Source of the DNA: Gemmatimonadota bacterium
GTDB lineage: Bacteria; Gemmatimonadota; Gemmatimonadetes; Gemmatimonadales; GWC2-71-9
Assembly: GCA_017889745.1 (NCBI GenBank)
Contig: JAGGAG010000003.1
Span: forward strand, 1-40,090
Direction: 5' to 3'
DNA length: 40,090 bases
How positions within the stretch are numbered: the stretch's first letter is position 1; each line of letters opens with the position of its first letter. The position numbers and the translations under genes are program-made. Shown in pieces: positions 28,087 through 36,373 of this stretch. Under the pieces are notes generated by a model that was not told where the DNA came from, ran no database searches, and saw only the letters and a program-made list of their open reading frames with translations.

Positions 28087-28893
28087 CTAAGGCGACACGT
28101 TGTCCGGGTCCGTCACGATCGGGTTCACCATGTCCGGGTCGGTCGGCGATTCGTTCCCCGGCTGCTGCACGTCGACGTCCTTGGCCATGTTCACGTTACC
28201 CGGTTGCTGCACGTCGACATCCTTGGCCATGTTCACGTTGCCCGGCTTCTGCACGTCCACGTCCTTGGACACGTTCACGTTGCCCGGCTTCTGTACGTCC
28301 ACGTCCTTGCCCACGTTCACGTTGCCCGGCTGCTGGACGTCCGCATCGTTCTGGAGCCGGACGTTGTCGGGATAGGCCCCGGCGACGCCGACGATGTCGG
28401 GATCGACGACGGGTCCACGTCCCGCGATCTCCGACTGCCACGCGATCAGCTGGCCGGAGTACTTCTGGTAAAGCTGCAGGTTCGCCGCCATCGCCGGCGT
28501 GATCGCCGGCGCGCCGGGGTTCTGCTGCGAGTTCTGGTACGCCTGGGCGGTGAGCATCAGTGCCAGTTCGCTGAGCACGCCCTGGCGGGTGGTGAGACCG
28601 GCATTGTTGTACGACCGTTTCACCTGGGGGATCTGCTTGAGCCGCGCAATGACCTCGTCAACCGTCGGGTTGCCCGCCGACGCCGCGACGATCTGGTCGC
28701 CGAGTCCGGGGGTCGTGGCGATCGCGCGGGCGAGGGCGTTCCGCGCGTGCACCACCGCCTCGATCTCCGCGGCGGAGAAGCGGAAGTTGAGCGCGGCCTG
28801 GAGATTCGGGTTCTGCTGCGCCGGCGCGGGCGCTGCGGCGAGCAGCATTGCCGACAGGAGCAGCGTGCTGCGGGCGCGATCGAGCGAAATCAT
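28087..28893 (-). CDS. Secreted hypothetical protein with C-terminal 14-aa tandem repeats
   Basis: SD AAGGAG, signal peptide ending APA-QQ, helical N-domain, then DVDVQ(Q/K)PGNVN(V/M)xK repeats. Confidence 0.8.
   Translation of the reverse strand: MISLDRARSTLLLSAMLLAAAPAPAQQNPNLQAALNFRFSAAEIEAVVHARNALARAIATTPGLGDQIVAASAGNPTVDEVIARLKQIPQVKRSYNNAGLTTRQGVLSELALMLTAQAYQNSQQNPGAPAITPAMAANLQLYQKYSGQLIAWQSEIAGRGPVVDPDIVGVAGAYPDNVRLQNDADVQQPGNVNVGKDVDVQKPGNVNVSKDVDVQKPGNVNMAKDVDVQQPGNVNMAKDVDVQQPGNESPTDPDMVNPIVTDPDNVSP
28153..28347 (-). repeat. Coding tandem repeat, 42-bp unit, about 4.6 copies
   Basis: DADVQQPGNVNVGK / DVDVQKPGNVNVSK / DVDVQKPGNVNMAK / DVDVQQPGNVNMAK / DVDVQQPGN. Confidence 0.92.
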
Positions 28894-28924
28894 GTCATCT
28901 CTCCTTGCCGCGTGACCCGGTGCG

Positions 28925-29593
28925 TCAGAGTTGCGCCGAGGGACAGAGATCCACCAGCACGCATTCCCCGCACCTGGGTCGCCGGGCGATACAGGTGCGC
29001 CGTCCATGGAATATCAGCAGGTGCGACAGCAGTGCCCAGTCGCGCTGCGGGAACAGCGCCATCAGGTCGCGCTCGATGCGCTCCGGATCGGTGTTCCGCG
29101 ACAGCCGGAGCAGGCGGGAAAGCCGGCCCACGTGGGTGTCCACGGTGACCCCCTCGTTGATCCCGAAGGCGTTGCCCAGAATGACGTTAGCCGTCTTTCG
29201 CCCGACGCCGGGGAGTACCTTGAGCTGCTCCATGGACGCGGGAATGTCCCCGCCATGCCGATCGACCACAGCATTCGCCATGCCGATGAGGCTCTTCGTC
29301 TTGTTGCGGAAGAATCCGGTCGACCGGATGATCTCCTCCACCTCTTCCGGGCGCGCGGCCGATAGCGCTTCCACGTCGGGATAGCGCCTGAAGAGCGCCG
29401 GCGCCACCAGGTTGACCCGTGCGTCGGTGCACTGCGCCGAGAGGATCGTGGCACACAGCAGCTCGAACGCATTGCGGTGATCGAGCTCGCAGTGCGCGTC
29501 CGGGTAGCGCTTCTTCAGGCGCTTGAGAATTTCCCGCGCGCGCGCCTGCATGGCGACCTTCGATTCCCGGCCGCGGGGCCGCGACGCGGGCAT
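28925..29593 (-). CDS. nth: Endonuclease III
   Basis: ILSAQCTDARVN, HhH motif LPGVGRKTANV, VDTHV, Fe-S motif CIARRPRCGECVLVDLC; TGATG overlap with polX. Confidence 0.96.
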   Translation of the reverse strand: MPASRPRGRESKVAMQARAREILKRLKKRYPDAHCELDHRNAFELLCATILSAQCTDARVNLVAPALFRRYPDVEALSAARPEEVEEIIRSTGFFRNKTKSLIGMANAVVDRHGGDIPASMEQLKVLPGVGRKTANVILGNAFGINEGVTVDTHVGRLSRLLRLSRNTDPERIERDLMALFPQRDWALLSHLLIFHGRRTCIARRPRCGECVLVDLCPSAQL

Positions 29594-31341
29594 CAGTCGC
29601 GTCCCTTCGAGGCGAACGCGAGGAATCCGTCGAGGTCGCGTGCGTTGAGCACGTCGTCCGGCCCGAGCCCGCCCTTCCGCGCGATGCCGACGCCGAAGTC
29701 CGCGTAGCCGATGCCCGCGATGTTGTGCGCGTCCGCCCCGATCGACAGCGGTGCGCCGGCGGCCTTCACCGCGGGCAGCACTCGCCAGTCGAGGTCGAGC
29801 CGGTGCGGATCGGCGTTGATCTCGAGCGCCACCCCGCGCGCGGCGGCCCGCTCGATGACCGCGTCCATGTCGAGCTGGTATGGGTCGCGCGACAGCAGCA
29901 GGCGTCCCGTGGGATGCCCGAGGATGGTGAGGCGCGGGTCGTCGAGGGCGCGCAGCACCCGGGCGGTCATCTGCTCCGCGTTCATGTTGAAGCGGCTGTG
30001 CACCGACCCGATGACGAAATCGAGGCGCTCGAGCACCGGTGCCGGATAGTCGAGCGCGCCGTCCTGGAGGATGTCGGCCTCGACACCCTTGAGGACGTGC
30101 ACGCCGTCGAGGCGCGCGTTCACGGCGTCGATCTCGCCCCATTGCCGCTCGAGGTCGGCCGCCTGGAGCCCGCCCGCATAGGCGGCCGACTGACTGTGAT
30201 CCGTGATGCCGACGTAGCGGTAGCCCTGTTCGCGACAGGCGATCGCCAGCTGCTCCACGGTGTTGGTCCCGTCGCTGTAGTTCGTGTGGCAGTGCAGGAA
30301 GCCGAGCAGGTCGTCGCGCTCCAGCAGGCGGGGCAGCGCCCCGCGGGCCGCCAGCGCGATCTCGTCGCGACCCTCGCGCAACTCCGGCGGTACGAGCTGC
30401 AGTCCCAGCGCCGCGTAGAGCGTCGCCTCGTCGGGCGTGGGCACGAACTCGCTGCCGCGCCACAGGGCGGCGCCGCTGAGCGCGTATCCGAGGCTGGCGG
30501 CATGCGCCGAGAGCTGCCGCAGGTGTGCCTCGCTGCCCGTGGCGTGCAGCAGCACCGCACCGAGGTTCACCGGCGTCGTGACGATGACCTGGGCCGCGCT
30601 GCCGCCGGCGAACCGGAGCGTCACGCGGCGCTCGTCCTGGCCGGCGAACTCGCTCACCCCCGGCAGCTCGCTCAGGAGGCCGAAGATCTCCCCGGGGAGT
30701 GCTTCGCTCGTGAGCACGATCACGACGTCGCGAACAACTTCCATGCGCCGCCGCACGTCGCCTGCCACGATCGCCTGCCGCACCCCCTTGAGCTGGCCCA
30801 GTGCCGCTCGCAGGGCACCCGCTTCCTCGGCCGCGTGATGCGACAGGCGCCAGGCACTCGCCCGCCGCAGGAAGCGTATTCCCTTGAGGATGTTCTCCGC
30901 CGTCTTCTGCCCGAAGCGCGGCAGCTTCGCGAGGCTGCCATCGAGCGCGGCCTCCTCCAGTTCCGCTACCGAATCGACCCTGAGCGTCTCGTGGATGAGC
31001 CGGACCTTGGCCACGCCGAGCCCGGGAATCTGGAGCATGTCGACAAGGCCGGGCGGCACTTGGTCGCGCAGTTCCTCGAGGAGCGAGGCGCGCCCGGTCG
31101 TCACCACCTCAAGCACGATCTGCAGCGTCGCGGGCCCGATGCCCTTGGTCGCGGCGAGGGTGCCGTCGGCCAGTGCCGGCGCGAGTTCGCCCGGCAGCCC
31201 CGCGATCGTCTTCGACGCGGTGCGGAAGGCCCGGATCCGGAAGGGGTTTTCGCCCTTGAGTTCGAGGAAGGACGCGATCTGCTCGAGCACCTGCGCGGCG
31301 CTTTTCTTGTCGACGTGGGAGAGCGGGCCGGGTGTGGTCAT
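29593..31341 (-). CDS. polX: DNA polymerase X / PHP-domain 3'-5' exonuclease (polymerase site degenerate)
   Basis: GENPFRIRAF, GIG/GLG HhH motifs, PPELRE; PHP motifs HCHT.YSDG, ITDHS, GVEADI, SVHS, GHPTGR, LEINA, ADAH. Confidence 0.92.
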   Translation of the reverse strand: MTTPGPLSHVDKKSAAQVLEQIASFLELKGENPFRIRAFRTASKTIAGLPGELAPALADGTLAATKGIGPATLQIVLEVVTTGRASLLEELRDQVPPGLVDMLQIPGLGVAKVRLIHETLRVDSVAELEEAALDGSLAKLPRFGQKTAENILKGIRFLRRASAWRLSHHAAEEAGALRAALGQLKGVRQAIVAGDVRRRMEVVRDVVIVLTSEALPGEIFGLLSELPGVSEFAGQDERRVTLRFAGGSAAQVIVTTPVNLGAVLLHATGSEAHLRQLSAHAASLGYALSGAALWRGSEFVPTPDEATLYAALGLQLVPPELREGRDEIALAARGALPRLLERDDLLGFLHCHTNYSDGTNTVEQLAIACREQGYRYVGITDHSQSAAYAGGLQAADLERQWGEIDAVNARLDGVHVLKGVEADILQDGALDYPAPVLERLDFVIGSVHSRFNMNAEQMTARVLRALDDPRLTILGHPTGRLLLSRDPYQLDMDAVIERAAARGVALEINADPHRLDLDWRVLPAVKAAGAPLSIGADAHNIAGIGYADFGVGIARKGGLGPDDVLNARDLDGFLAFASKGRD

Positions 31342-32009
31342 GCCCGGAGCGCTGCCGCGGTGCCTGGATGCTGCTCGAGCGCCTGCGAACGCCAGCCGAG
31401 CTCGATCAGTTCCGCCGCGCCGGCGATCGAGTAGAGGCCGGCAGCCGCCCCGCCGGGCAGCACACTGCTGAACGGAGCGGAGTCGAGTCGTGCCGGCCCG
31501 GGCAGGCGCGGACCGGTCGCCTCGACGACGGTGAAGCCGTCGCGATCGGCATGAATGCCCAGCACGCCGAGCACGCGCAGGTCGCCCGCGGGAGCGTGGT
31601 GGACGAAGATGCCGTCGAGCGGCTCGTGCGCCGCGCCTTCGAGGGCCTGCGCCCAGACCCGGCGCTCGGGAAGCTGCAGGTACCAGGCGAGCGCGTCATC
31701 GTTCAGGTCAGGGGGCAGTTCGGTGCTCAGCAGCAGTTCCAGCCCCGCCCGGTCCAGCGACCGCACGCTCCGCGCGCCGGCCCAGAACAGGTACGCGTGG
31801 TGGACCAGCGCCGCGAGCTGGTCCATGCCCTCGCCGACGCCGCCCTCGGGCCGCAGGTCGCGGATCAGCGAGGCGCTCTCGCGAACCATGAGGAAGGCAT
31901 CCCGGTCGCGCGGGTCGCGCCCGGTCCTGGCCAGGGCGTCGCGGATGGCCGGGAAGCGGTCGTCGGCGAGGGGATCGAACACGAGGTCGGACGGGGTGGG
32001 GCGGGACAC
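31338..32009 (-). CDS. Hypothetical protein
   Basis: 223-aa ORF with GC3-biased codons, overlapping the polX start (ATGA). Confidence 0.75.
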   Translation of the reverse strand: MSRPTPSDLVFDPLADDRFPAIRDALARTGRDPRDRDAFLMVRESASLIRDLRPEGGVGEGMDQLAALVHHAYLFWAGARSVRSLDRAGLELLLSTELPPDLNDDALAWYLQLPERRVWAQALEGAAHEPLDGIFVHHAPAGDLRVLGVLGIHADRDGFTVVEATGPRLPGPARLDSAPFSSVLPGGAAAGLYSIAGAAELIELGWRSQALEQHPGTAAALRA

Positions 32010-32025
32010 GAGTCAAAGATAGGCG

Positions 32026-32820
32026 TCAGGTGAGAAACCCGGCGACCGCCTCACGGAACGCCTCCGGCTGCTCGACGTGAGGGCAATGCCCGCACGGCGA
32101 CAGCAGGTGCCACTCGGCACGGAGCAGCCGCGCGGCCTCCTCGGCCGCCCAGGCGGGGATCACGTCTTCCTTGCCGTGCAGCACCAGCGCGGGGACATCG
32201 AGCTCCGCGAGTCGCGGCCGGAGGTCGTAGTCGCCGAGGCTCGCCCAGACTTCCTGCTGCGTCCGCGCGATGATGCGGAATGCGGTGAGCTTCCGCACCA
32301 ATGTCGGATCGACGAAATACGGCACCACCGAGAGCTCGAACAGCCGGCGCTGGTAGGCGTCGGGGTCGCGCTCGCGGAGCCCGCTGTCGCGCAGGGCGGC
32401 GCGCTCCGCCTGGAGTGCCGGGCTCATGTTGCGGGCGGAAAACGTGGCCTCGAATTCCTGTCGCGCCGCGCGCCAGGCCGGCGCCGGCGACACGAGCGCG
32501 AGGCGCGCCACCCGCTCGGGGTGCTCGGTGGCATACAGCATGGCAAGGAGCCCGCCCCAGGAGTAGCCGCAGATCGTCAACTGTTCGAGGCCCCACGCCT
32601 CGCGGAGCGCGTCGAGGTCGGCGACCTGCTCGCGCCAGCCCACCGGCGTGCCGCTCGGCACCGGCGACTGGCCGCCCCCGCGCTGGTCGTAGTAGATGAG
32701 GGTGCGGCCTGTGGCGAGGAGATCAAAGCCGGGGCGGAGGTAGTCGTGGCTCGCGCCTGGGCCGCCGTGCAGCATCACTACCGGTGGTCCCTCACCGACG
32801 CGGCGCTCGAAGAGCGGCAC
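32026..32820 (-). CDS. Alpha/beta hydrolase (proline iminopeptidase-like)
   Basis: LHGGPG, YDQRGGG, nucleophile GYSWGG, HGKED, CGHCPH. Confidence 0.9.
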   Translation of the reverse strand: MPLFERRVGEGPPVVMLHGGPGASHDYLRPGFDLLATGRTLIYYDQRGGGQSPVPSGTPVGWREQVADLDALREAWGLEQLTICGYSWGGLLAMLYATEHPERVARLALVSPAPAWRAARQEFEATFSARNMSPALQAERAALRDSGLRERDPDAYQRRLFELSVVPYFVDPTLVRKLTAFRIIARTQQEVWASLGDYDLRPRLAELDVPALVLHGKEDVIPAWAAEEAARLLRAEWHLLSPCGHCPHVEQPEAFREAVAGFLT

Positions 32821-32840
32821 GCCGCGGACGACGCGCGTGG

Positions 32841-33296
32841 TCAGAGGAGCACGGCCAGCGCGTCGGCCACCTGCTTCACCGCCGCCTGTTCGTCGGCGGT
32901 GAACGGATCGGGCGCATCACTGTCCACGTCGATCTGGCCGAGGATCACGCTGCCGCGGCGGATCAGCACCACGAGCTCGGAGCGTGTCCACACGTTGCAC
33001 GCGATGTAGTTCTCCCGCGCGCGCACGTCAGGCACGTTCTGGTCGGAGGCCGTCGCCACCGCGGTACCGCAGACGCCCTGGCCCACCGCGATGCGGGTGT
33101 GCTCCGTGTCGCGACCGGCAAATGCCTCCAGTACCAGTTCCTCGCCATGGAGCATGTACATGTACACCGACGTGTACGGGCTGCCCGCCGCCTGAATCCG
33201 CTCCGCGGCCAGCCGGAGCATCGTCCCGCGATCGACCTGGCGGGTGAATGCGCCGCGCAGCGCGGCCACGATCGGCTCGGGCTTGAGCACCGCCAT
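32841..33296 (-). CDS. GAF-domain protein, free methionine-R-sulfoxide reductase (MsrC/YebR)-like
   Basis: RIAVGQGVCGTA, VPDV...NYIAC...SELVV, IDVDS...F. Confidence 0.8.
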   Translation of the reverse strand: MAVLKPEPIVAALRGAFTRQVDRGTMLRLAAERIQAAGSPYTSVYMYMLHGEELVLEAFAGRDTEHTRIAVGQGVCGTAVATASDQNVPDVRARENYIACNVWTRSELVVLIRRGSVILGQIDVDSDAPDPFTADEQAAVKQVADALAVLL

Positions 33297-34558
33297 CAGG
33301 TCCGCGCGCCCAGCGTGACCGTGACGGTCAGCGGCTTGCCGTCACGCTGCACGGTGATGGGCACGACGTCGCCCGGCTTGTGCGACCGGAGCGCGTCGGT
33401 CATGGCCTGCAGGTCGTTGACCTGCATGTCGCCAATGCGGGTGATGATGTCATCCCGCTGAAGTCCGGCCTTCTCCGCCGGGCTGCCGGGGCGGACGCCG
33501 CTGAGCTTCACACCGGTCACGTCACCCGCCATGTCGGGGACAGTACCGAGATAGGCGCCATAGCCCGGCGTCTGCGCCTGTCCCGCCGCGACCTGCGCAT
33601 GGGGCGGCTGGTCCACAAAGGTCAGCTGCGTCGGACGGTCGCCGAGTTCCCGCAGCAGCGCCGCGGCGAAATCCGACACCTTGAGCATCCCGGCCACGTT
33701 GATCTTCTGCCAGTCGTCGGTGGTGCGGTGATAGTCCTCGTGGAGGTCGGTGAAGAAGTGCAGCACCGGCTTCTTCACGGCGTAGAACGCCGACTGGTCG
33801 CTCGGGCCATAGCCGTCCCCGCGCATCTTGAGGTCGAAGCCGAACGACTTGTTGAGCGAGTCGAGGAGCGGCGTGAACTGGGTCGCGGTCTCGGTGCCGT
33901 AGATGATCAGCTTGTCGTTCCGCAGCCGGCCCACCATGTCGAAGTTGATCATCGCCATGGTCTTGGCGAGCGGCACCGCGGGTTGGCGCACGTAGTAGGC
34001 GGAGCCGAGCAGGCCGAGTTCCTCGCCGCTGAACGCCACGAACACGATCGTGCGCGCCGGTGGATTGAGGGCCATGCGCTGCGCGAGATTGATGATCGTC
34101 GCCACGCCCGACGCGTTGTCGTCTGCTCCGTTGTGTGGCTTGCCCGTGCTGTCAGGGTCGAGGGCACCGAAGGCGCCCCCGCCGAGGTGGTCGTAGTGCG
34201 CGCCCACGACGATGACTTGCTCGCGCAGGACCGGATCGGTGCCGGGCAGCAGGCCGACGACGTTGCGGCCCACGCCTCCGGCCGTCGCGACCTTCTGCGC
34301 TGCCCCGCCCTCCACCTTGAACTCCTGGAACCATCCGCCGGCGGGCGCCTGCAGGCCCACCTGCTTGAAGCGCTGCTGGATGTAGGCCGCGGCCGTGTCG
34401 GCGTCGGGCGTGCCGGTAAACCGGCCCTCGAGGCGGTCGTCCGACAGGAACTTGATGTCGTCGAGCATGCGGGGCAGTTCGACGGCGGCACTCTGCGAGA
34501 GCGCCACCGAGGGAAGCGCGGCGAGGACGAACAGGCTGCGTACAAACACTCGGAGCAC
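33296..34558 (-). CDS. M28 family aminopeptidase with C-terminal PDZ domain
   Basis: GAHYDH, GADDNASG, FSGEELGLLGS, INFDMVG, SDQ, YHRTTD; PDZ YLGTVPD...VRPGSPAEKAGL. GTG start at 34558 assumed. Confidence 0.92.
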   Translation of the reverse strand: MLRVFVRSLFVLAALPSVALSQSAAVELPRMLDDIKFLSDDRLEGRFTGTPDADTAAAYIQQRFKQVGLQAPAGGWFQEFKVEGGAAQKVATAGGVGRNVVGLLPGTDPVLREQVIVVGAHYDHLGGGAFGALDPDSTGKPHNGADDNASGVATIINLAQRMALNPPARTIVFVAFSGEELGLLGSAYYVRQPAVPLAKTMAMINFDMVGRLRNDKLIIYGTETATQFTPLLDSLNKSFGFDLKMRGDGYGPSDQSAFYAVKKPVLHFFTDLHEDYHRTTDDWQKINVAGMLKVSDFAAALLRELGDRPTQLTFVDQPPHAQVAAGQAQTPGYGAYLGTVPDMAGDVTGVKLSGVRPGSPAEKAGLQRDDIITRIGDMQVNDLQAMTDALRSHKPGDVVPITVQRDGKPLTVTVTLGART

Positions 34559-34785
34559 TGGAGACCCTTTCAGGGGAAGGACCAATGTTAGTGCCCCGCG
34601 GGGCCGGGTCTCAACCGGGAATCCGCGGATGGCAAGCGCCTTGCACATCCAGCCGGTCTGGACCGGGTGGAGTCACCCGGTCAGGTTACCCGATAACCTA
34701 TTGTGGTGCAATGTCTTAACTGGACATTGGAGGCACTGCAAGAACTGTCGTCAACGAAAGCAGCCCTGCTGTGACCGGTGCGCTG

Positions 34786-36291
34786 ATGAGTCAACCTGCG
34801 GCGGCGATTGCATCGACGTTGAGCTCCGTGCTCGCGCTGCTGCGTGCCCAGCCCCCGCGCCGCGAGGACCAGGCCCGGGCCTTCAAGGCGTTCCTCGTCG
34901 CCTTGGGGGACAGCCCGCTCGAGCTCCGGGTCACGGAGTCGGGCCTCGATCTGGGCGGTCTGTCGGTGACCACGGATCTCCCTGGCGTGGGCGAACTGGC
35001 GGCGCACCTCCGGGGTCACGGCATCGCGTCGGTTCGGCTGCCCGGCGGGCTCGCGCCAGCGGCCATGCTCTCGGTACTCCGGGCACTGTCGTCACCGGTG
35101 GGGCGCTTCGACTCGGTGGAGCATCTCATCACCGACATCGACCCGGAAACCCGGCTCCTCGTGCACATCGGCGCGGCCGGCGAGGAAGGCGGGGAGCCTG
35201 TGGATCAGGCCCAGGGTTTCATTGCGGGCGATGAGATCCTGCATGGCACGGCCATGACTGAGCGGGTCGGCGCGGCGCACAGCTACCGGCACCTGGGCCG
35301 GGTGCCCGGCGAGCAGCGGGACGAGGCGCTGCGCCAGCTCATTGCCGATCCGGCGGGTCCTGAGGCCCCCGGCCGCCTGGAGGCGGTGGTGGCAGGCGTC
35401 GATTCATCGCTCCGCGACGGCGACTACGAGGCGGTGGTCACTGCGGCCGCGGCCGTGGCACGGCTCGCGGGCGAACTCCCCGACGGCGAGCTGCGGCGCA
35501 GCTACCAGATCGCGATCCGGCGGATGCTGCCGTCCAAGGCGGTGGAACACATCGCGAAATTGACGGGGGGACCGAGGCGGCAGGATGCCCTCGAAGTGCT
35601 CAAGCACGCCGGCGCGGATGCCTCCGAGACCCTCCTGCACGAGCTGGTCGAGTCGGAATCGATGGAGCAGCGCCGCGCGCTGTACAACGCGCTGCGCCAG
35701 GTGAACACGGCGTCGCCACTCCTCGGTCGCCTCCTGCTGCACGATGAATGGTTCGTGGTGCGCAACGTCGCGGAGCTCTGCGGCGACCTGCGGGCCGAGG
35801 ACACGATTCCGCAGTTGGCGCGGCACGTGAACCATTCGGACGAACGGGTGCGGCGCGCCGTGGCCGGCGCCCTGGCCAAGATCGGCACCGCGCTCGCGGT
35901 GGAGCCGCTGCGGCAGATGCTCCATGACGCCGCGCCCCAGGTGCGGCTGCAGGCGGTCCAGGGCCTGGACGGAACCCGCTCCCGCGGCCTCGCGATGTCG
36001 CTCGCGCTCGCGGCCGAGGAGGAGACCAACTCCGACGTGCTGCGCGAGCTGCTGCTGGCACTGGGTCGCATCGGCACGCCCGACGCGGTCCAGGCGCTCG
36101 CGCGCGCGGCGGCTCCGGGCCGCCGCCTGTTCAACCGGCGCCCGCTGGCCACCCGCCTCGCTGCGATCGCGGGCCTGCGCGTCGCGGGGAGTCCCCCGGC
36201 GGCCACTGCGCTGCAGGGACTTCTCGGCGATGATGAACAGAGCGTGCGGGACGCAGCGCAGGAAGCGCTGGCGGGAATGAAGAGAGCGTAA
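34786..36291 (+). CDS. HEAT-repeat-containing protein
   Basis: C-terminal HEAT/PBS-lyase repeats: WFVVRNVAELCG, DERVRRAVAGALAKIG, APQVRLQAV, EQSVRDAAQEAL. Confidence 0.85.
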   Translation: MSQPAAAIASTLSSVLALLRAQPPRREDQARAFKAFLVALGDSPLELRVTESGLDLGGLSVTTDLPGVGELAAHLRGHGIASVRLPGGLAPAAMLSVLRALSSPVGRFDSVEHLITDIDPETRLLVHIGAAGEEGGEPVDQAQGFIAGDEILHGTAMTERVGAAHSYRHLGRVPGEQRDEALRQLIADPAGPEAPGRLEAVVAGVDSSLRDGDYEAVVTAAAAVARLAGELPDGELRRSYQIAIRRMLPSKAVEHIAKLTGGPRRQDALEVLKHAGADASETLLHELVESESMEQRRALYNALRQVNTASPLLGRLLLHDEWFVVRNVAELCGDLRAEDTIPQLARHVNHSDERVRRAVAGALAKIGTALAVEPLRQMLHDAAPQVRLQAVQGLDGTRSRGLAMSLALAAEEETNSDVLRELLLALGRIGTPDAVQALARAAAPGRRLFNRRPLATRLAAIAGLRVAGSPPAATALQGLLGDDEQSVRDAAQEALAGMKRA

Positions 36292-36369
36292 ACGGTCAAC
36301 GGTAAACGGTGAACAGGAAAAACGGGGCCCGACATGCGGCCCCGTTTACCGTTGACCGTTCACTGTTCA
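36291..36369. terminator. Bidirectional terminator / heptamer-repeat palindrome between convergent genes
   Basis: Inner hairpin AAACGGGGCC-N8-GGCCCCGTTT; outer perfect 19-bp inverted repeat AACGGTCAACGGTAAACGG / CCGTTTACCGTTGACCGTT. Confidence 0.75.
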
Positions 36370-36373
36370 TGCT

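Noticed and set aside
28153-28347. Regularly spaced repeats resembling a CRISPR array
   Set aside because: The 42-bp units are contiguous with no unique spacers, are in frame within a CDS, vary mainly at synonymous sites, and there are no cas genes.
28925-30463. 512-aa ORF suggesting an extended or fused Nth
   Set aside because: The upstream part is an off-frame reading of polX; the real start is at 29593 (TGATG overlap).
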